The translations under genes and the position numbers were made by a program. A stretch of 64,000 nucleotides of DNA from Chloroflexota bacterium (GTDB lineage: Bacteria > Chloroflexota > Anaerolineae > Anaerolineales > VGOW01), in NCBI GenBank assembly GCA_016197225.1, contig JACPWC010000071.1, positions 14,217 through 78,216 on the forward strand, written 5' to 3'. The number at the start of each line of letters is the position of its first letter. The stretch's first letter is position 1. Under the pieces are notes generated by a model, which was not told the DNA's origin, made no database searches, and saw only the letters and a list, made by a program, of their open reading frames with translations. This document shows positions 61,361 to 64,000 of this stretch, in pieces.

Positions 61361-61693
61361 ATGGAAAAACCCTATTCACATCTTGTTCTTGGCGAGCAAT
61401 TCCCCGACCTCCCCGCCGACAGCATTCTGAGCCGGACGATCTACGGCGACGAGCAGGTGAAGGCGGTGCTGTTCAACTTTGCCGCCGGGCAGGAGCTTTC
61501 GGAACATACGGCGGCCATGCCGGCCATCATTCACATTCTGCAAGGTGAAGCAAAGCTCACGCTTGGCGGTGAGGCGCTGGAGGCCCGCGCCGGAACCTGG
61601 GTGCGCATGGCGGCCAATTTGCCGCACAGCCTGCTTGCTAAAACGCCGGTGACGATGTTGCTATTGATGTTGAAAACACCCGGAGGGAAATGA
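61361..61693 (+). CDS. cupin-domain protein
   Basis: ~110 aa. FNFAAGQELSEHTAAMPAIIHILQGEAKLTLGGE...GTWVRMAANLPHSL has cupin motif spacing. Confidence 0.7.
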   Translation: MEKPYSHLVLGEQFPDLPADSILSRTIYGDEQVKAVLFNFAAGQELSEHTAAMPAIIHILQGEAKLTLGGEALEARAGTWVRMAANLPHSLLAKTPVTMLLLMLKTPGGK

Positions 61694-62787
61694 GACGCGA
61701 GCATCTTCCGTTGATGGTCCTGGCCGGGCTGACTCTGTTGGCCGGGCTGTGGGCCGGGTTGAACCGCCTCGGCTGGGGGTTGCCGCCTCTGCGCCCAACC
61801 GCTCACGGCCCGCTGATGATCTCCGGCTTCCTCGGTGCCCTCATCAGCCTGGAGCGCGCCGCCGCCTTTGGCCGCCGCTGGCCTTACGCCGCGCCTGCGC
61901 TCGCGCTCGCCGGAGTCGTCCTGCTCCTCGCCGGCGCGCCCGCCCCGGTTTATCAAAGCCTGATTCTTCTGGGTAGCCTGTTTCTGCTCACCGCCTTCCT
62001 CGTCACCTATCATCGGCACTACGGCTTCAAGCTGGAATGGGCCGCGGCCACCATGTCGCTGGGCGCGTTGTGCTGGGTGGCGGGCAACCTGGCCTGGCTC
62101 GTCGGGCGGCCCCTCTTTCAAGTGTCGCCCTGGTGGATCGGCTTCCTCATGCTCACCATTGCCGGAGAGCGGCTGGAGTTGGCGCGAGTGTTATTGCTCC
62201 GCCGCGCCTCGCTGATCATGTTTGCCCTCAGCGTCGCTGTTTTCTTCGGCGGCTTGCTGGTCTCGTTGAGCTTCTTCGCTCGCGGCCTGCAGCTAAGCGG
62301 CTTCGGCCTGGTCATGCTCGGCTTGTGGCTGCTCCGCTTCGACGTGGCTCAGAAGACCGTCCGGCAAAGCGGCCTGACTCGTTTCATCGCCGCCTGTCTT
62401 CTGCCGGGCTATGCCTGGCTCGTGGCCGCCGGGGCGTTGTGGGTTGCCTGGCCGGCCTACTTTGTGGCCGGGTCGGCCTACGATGCCATGTTGCACATGA
62501 TTCTGGTTGGCTTTGTGTTCTCGATGATCTTCGGCCACGCGCCCATCATCGTCCCCGCCATTCTGAATTTGCCTATCACTTACCGCCCCGCGTTCTATCT
62601 GCACCTCATTTTGCTCCATGCCTCGCTCGTTCTGCGCGTGTCGGGCGACATTGCCGCCCTGCCGGCGCTCAGATTATGGGGCGGCCTGCTCAACGTCACA
62701 GCCATCTTGCTCTTCATTGGCAACACTATCCTGGCAACACGAAAACAGACCTCAGGCGCCCGCTCGGCGAAGACCTCTGAGGTGTGA
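61690..62787 (+). CDS. polytopic membrane protein (about 10-12 TM helices), function unknown
   Basis: Hydrophobic throughout, with conserved-looking His residues (MLHMILVGFVFSMIFGHAPII). Its ATGA overlaps the cupin gene. An NnrS-like role is conceivable in this context but is not supported by motifs I can verify. Confidence 0.55.
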   Translation: MRREHLPLMVLAGLTLLAGLWAGLNRLGWGLPPLRPTAHGPLMISGFLGALISLERAAAFGRRWPYAAPALALAGVVLLLAGAPAPVYQSLILLGSLFLLTAFLVTYHRHYGFKLEWAAATMSLGALCWVAGNLAWLVGRPLFQVSPWWIGFLMLTIAGERLELARVLLLRRASLIMFALSVAVFFGGLLVSLSFFARGLQLSGFGLVMLGLWLLRFDVAQKTVRQSGLTRFIAACLLPGYAWLVAAGALWVAWPAYFVAGSAYDAMLHMILVGFVFSMIFGHAPIIVPAILNLPITYRPAFYLHLILLHASLVLRVSGDIAALPALRLWGGLLNVTAILLFIGNTILATRKQTSGARSAKTSEV

Positions 62788-62874
62788 GTCCTTCACGAGC
62801 TAATCTCCGTAGCGGGCCTCAACCTTACGCTCGAAGAAGTGGAAAGCATCTTCGCTCCGCAACCTCGGCGCTGT

Positions 62875-63813
62875 CTACGTCTCCTGCACAAACCGGATGA
62901 CCCTTTCGGCAACTTCCTGCGCTTTGTCTTCAGCGAGAAAGTGGTTGGCGTCAGCCAAGATGTGAACGCGCTCCGGCGGCACGCGCAGGTCGCGGGCGAA
63001 CTGCACCGGAATCTTGGCATGGTTGAGCACCGGGTCTTTCTTGCCCCAGAGGATGGTCGCCGGGACGTTCAGGCGTTTGAGAGCCGCTTGCCAGCGCGGC
63101 ATTTGGGCGAAGACGAAATCGAAATTGCTTACAAATTGCTGGAACGGGCGTGTAGCGCCCTCATTCATGGGGAGCCAGTAGCCCTCGGCCGCGGCGGAAT
63201 TAATCACCTCGGGGTGGCCGGTGAACTCCTTGATGAACGACGCCATCATCATCGGCCCCATCAGCTTACCGCTCATCATACTCAACATCATCGGGCCTAG
63301 CGGACTCATCATCATCTTAATCATCGCCGGGGGCTGGAAGCCATCTGTGTAGGCGGATGTGTTGAGAATGACGAGGCGGGCAACGCGCCCGGGCGCGCGA
63401 TCCACTATCTCCCAAGCCCAGGGGCCGCCAAGGTCATGCACCACGAGCGTAGCTTTATCCACGCCGATTTTGTCGAGCAGGGCGGTGACACGCCGGGATT
63501 GCTTATCGAGGGTGTATTCGCTCAGGTCGGCGGGCTTGTCGCTGGCGCCCCAGCCGAGCAGGTCGGGCGCGATGACGCGCAAGTTAGCGACGGTGAGGTG
63601 CGGGATAACTTTGCGCCAGAGCCACGAGTTGGTGGGCATGCCGTGCAGAAGCACAACTGGCTCGCCGTCGCGCGGGCCTTCGTCCACATAAGCGATGTGG
63701 CCGCCTTCCACTTGCGCTTTCTTCAAGCGGGCGCGGTGCTCGGCCACAGTCTGCGGGATGTGGTCGGCAGTGGGCGATTGAGCGCGGAGGGAATCAACAG
63801 TCGGTGTGGTCAT
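62875..63813 (-). CDS. alpha/beta-fold hydrolase (haloalkane-dehalogenase-like)
   Basis: VVLLHGMPTNSWLWRKV and VVHDLGGPWAW (nucleophile Asp context). AAGGAG precedes ATG 63813. Confidence 0.8.
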   Translation of the reverse strand: MTTPTVDSLRAQSPTADHIPQTVAEHRARLKKAQVEGGHIAYVDEGPRDGEPVVLLHGMPTNSWLWRKVIPHLTVANLRVIAPDLLGWGASDKPADLSEYTLDKQSRRVTALLDKIGVDKATLVVHDLGGPWAWEIVDRAPGRVARLVILNTSAYTDGFQPPAMIKMMMSPLGPMMLSMMSGKLMGPMMMASFIKEFTGHPEVINSAAAEGYWLPMNEGATRPFQQFVSNFDFVFAQMPRWQAALKRLNVPATILWGKKDPVLNHAKIPVQFARDLRVPPERVHILADANHFLAEDKAQEVAERVIRFVQET

Positions 63814-63926
63814 GGTCAGGGTCTCCTTAATTGAAATTTGATGGCAACAGGGTAACGCCGAAATCGGTTGGACCGTGTCCACCGGCCGGTTGAATAGGGG
63901 AGGTTGAATTAGGTGATGCCGCTTAC

Positions 63927-64000
63927 TTAAAGGAGGCCATGTTCTCGCGCCCGCCCCACTGCCTCGATACGGTTGCGGACGGAGAGTTTGCCGTAAATAC
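63927..64000 (-). CDS. C-terminal end of a LuxR/NarL-type HTH protein (partial, continues beyond the window)
   Basis: The minus-strand translation IYGKLSVRNRIEAVGRAREHGLL-stop is the canonical end of the LuxR-type HTH. Confidence 0.6.
   Translation of the reverse strand, partial: IYGKLSVRNRIEAVGRAREHGLL

Overview
This is a GC-rich bacterial chromosomal window. The gene content hints at a Chloroflexota/Anaerolineae-like monoderm: a split B12 mutase, GxxExxY remnants, a clade-II-type nos cluster whose NosZ, NosL and cytochrome c all carry lipobox signals, and many STAND/TPR regulators. That taxonomic guess rests on gene content only. All coordinates, motif positions and alignments were counted by hand. 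No HMM, BLAST or folding could be run. Layout: (i) 1-22.7 kb holds acyl-CoA and one-carbon metabolism: thiolase, an SDR-like protein, a split methylmalonyl-CoA-mutase-type enzyme, a family III CoA-transferase, hydantoinase/oxoprolinase A+B, a dimethylglycine-dehydrogenase-like flavoprotein with EtfBA, a thioesterase and citrate synthase. This block is interrupted by small accessory insertions: a DUF4258/DUF2283 pair, a vapBC cassette flanked by a 128-nt duplication of the etfA 3' end, an AT-rich pentapeptide-repeat/ion-channel gene, a 122-bp MITE with a target-site duplication, and a gutted FAD-oxidoreductase pseudogene. (ii) 23-45.7 kb is a signalling region. It carries a SARP-ATPase-TPR regulator, a Ser/Thr-kinase-ATPase-TPR protein and an RsbU/RsbW-fusion partner-switching module with two STAS proteins. 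It also carries four paralogous polytopic membrane proteins that share a nearly identical ~375-bp 3' block and sit directly against flavoproteins or signalling proteins. (iii) 45.7-47.4 kb is glnS. (iv) 47.5-52.6 kb is a visibly AT-richer island. Its core is a translationally coupled three-gene operon (DUF4338-like protein, NurA-like nuclease, HerA-like ATPase). I consider it the best candidate for an undescribed defence-type system in this window. (v) 52.7-60.3 kb is a nosZ cluster with an apparent NosD-TM-NosF fusion and tandem nosL genes, followed by a Crp/FNR regulator. The window is also peppered with heptamer-based tandem arrays (TTGGAGA/TTAGAGA and GTTCACT/GATCACT types) and CGCAAAG/CGCAGAT palindromic elements. 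These occupy gene junctions, supply stop codons and Shine-Dalgarno-like GGAG cores, and in several cases lie in frame inside coding sequences. I found no rRNA, tRNA, CRISPR array, integrase or transposase by eye.
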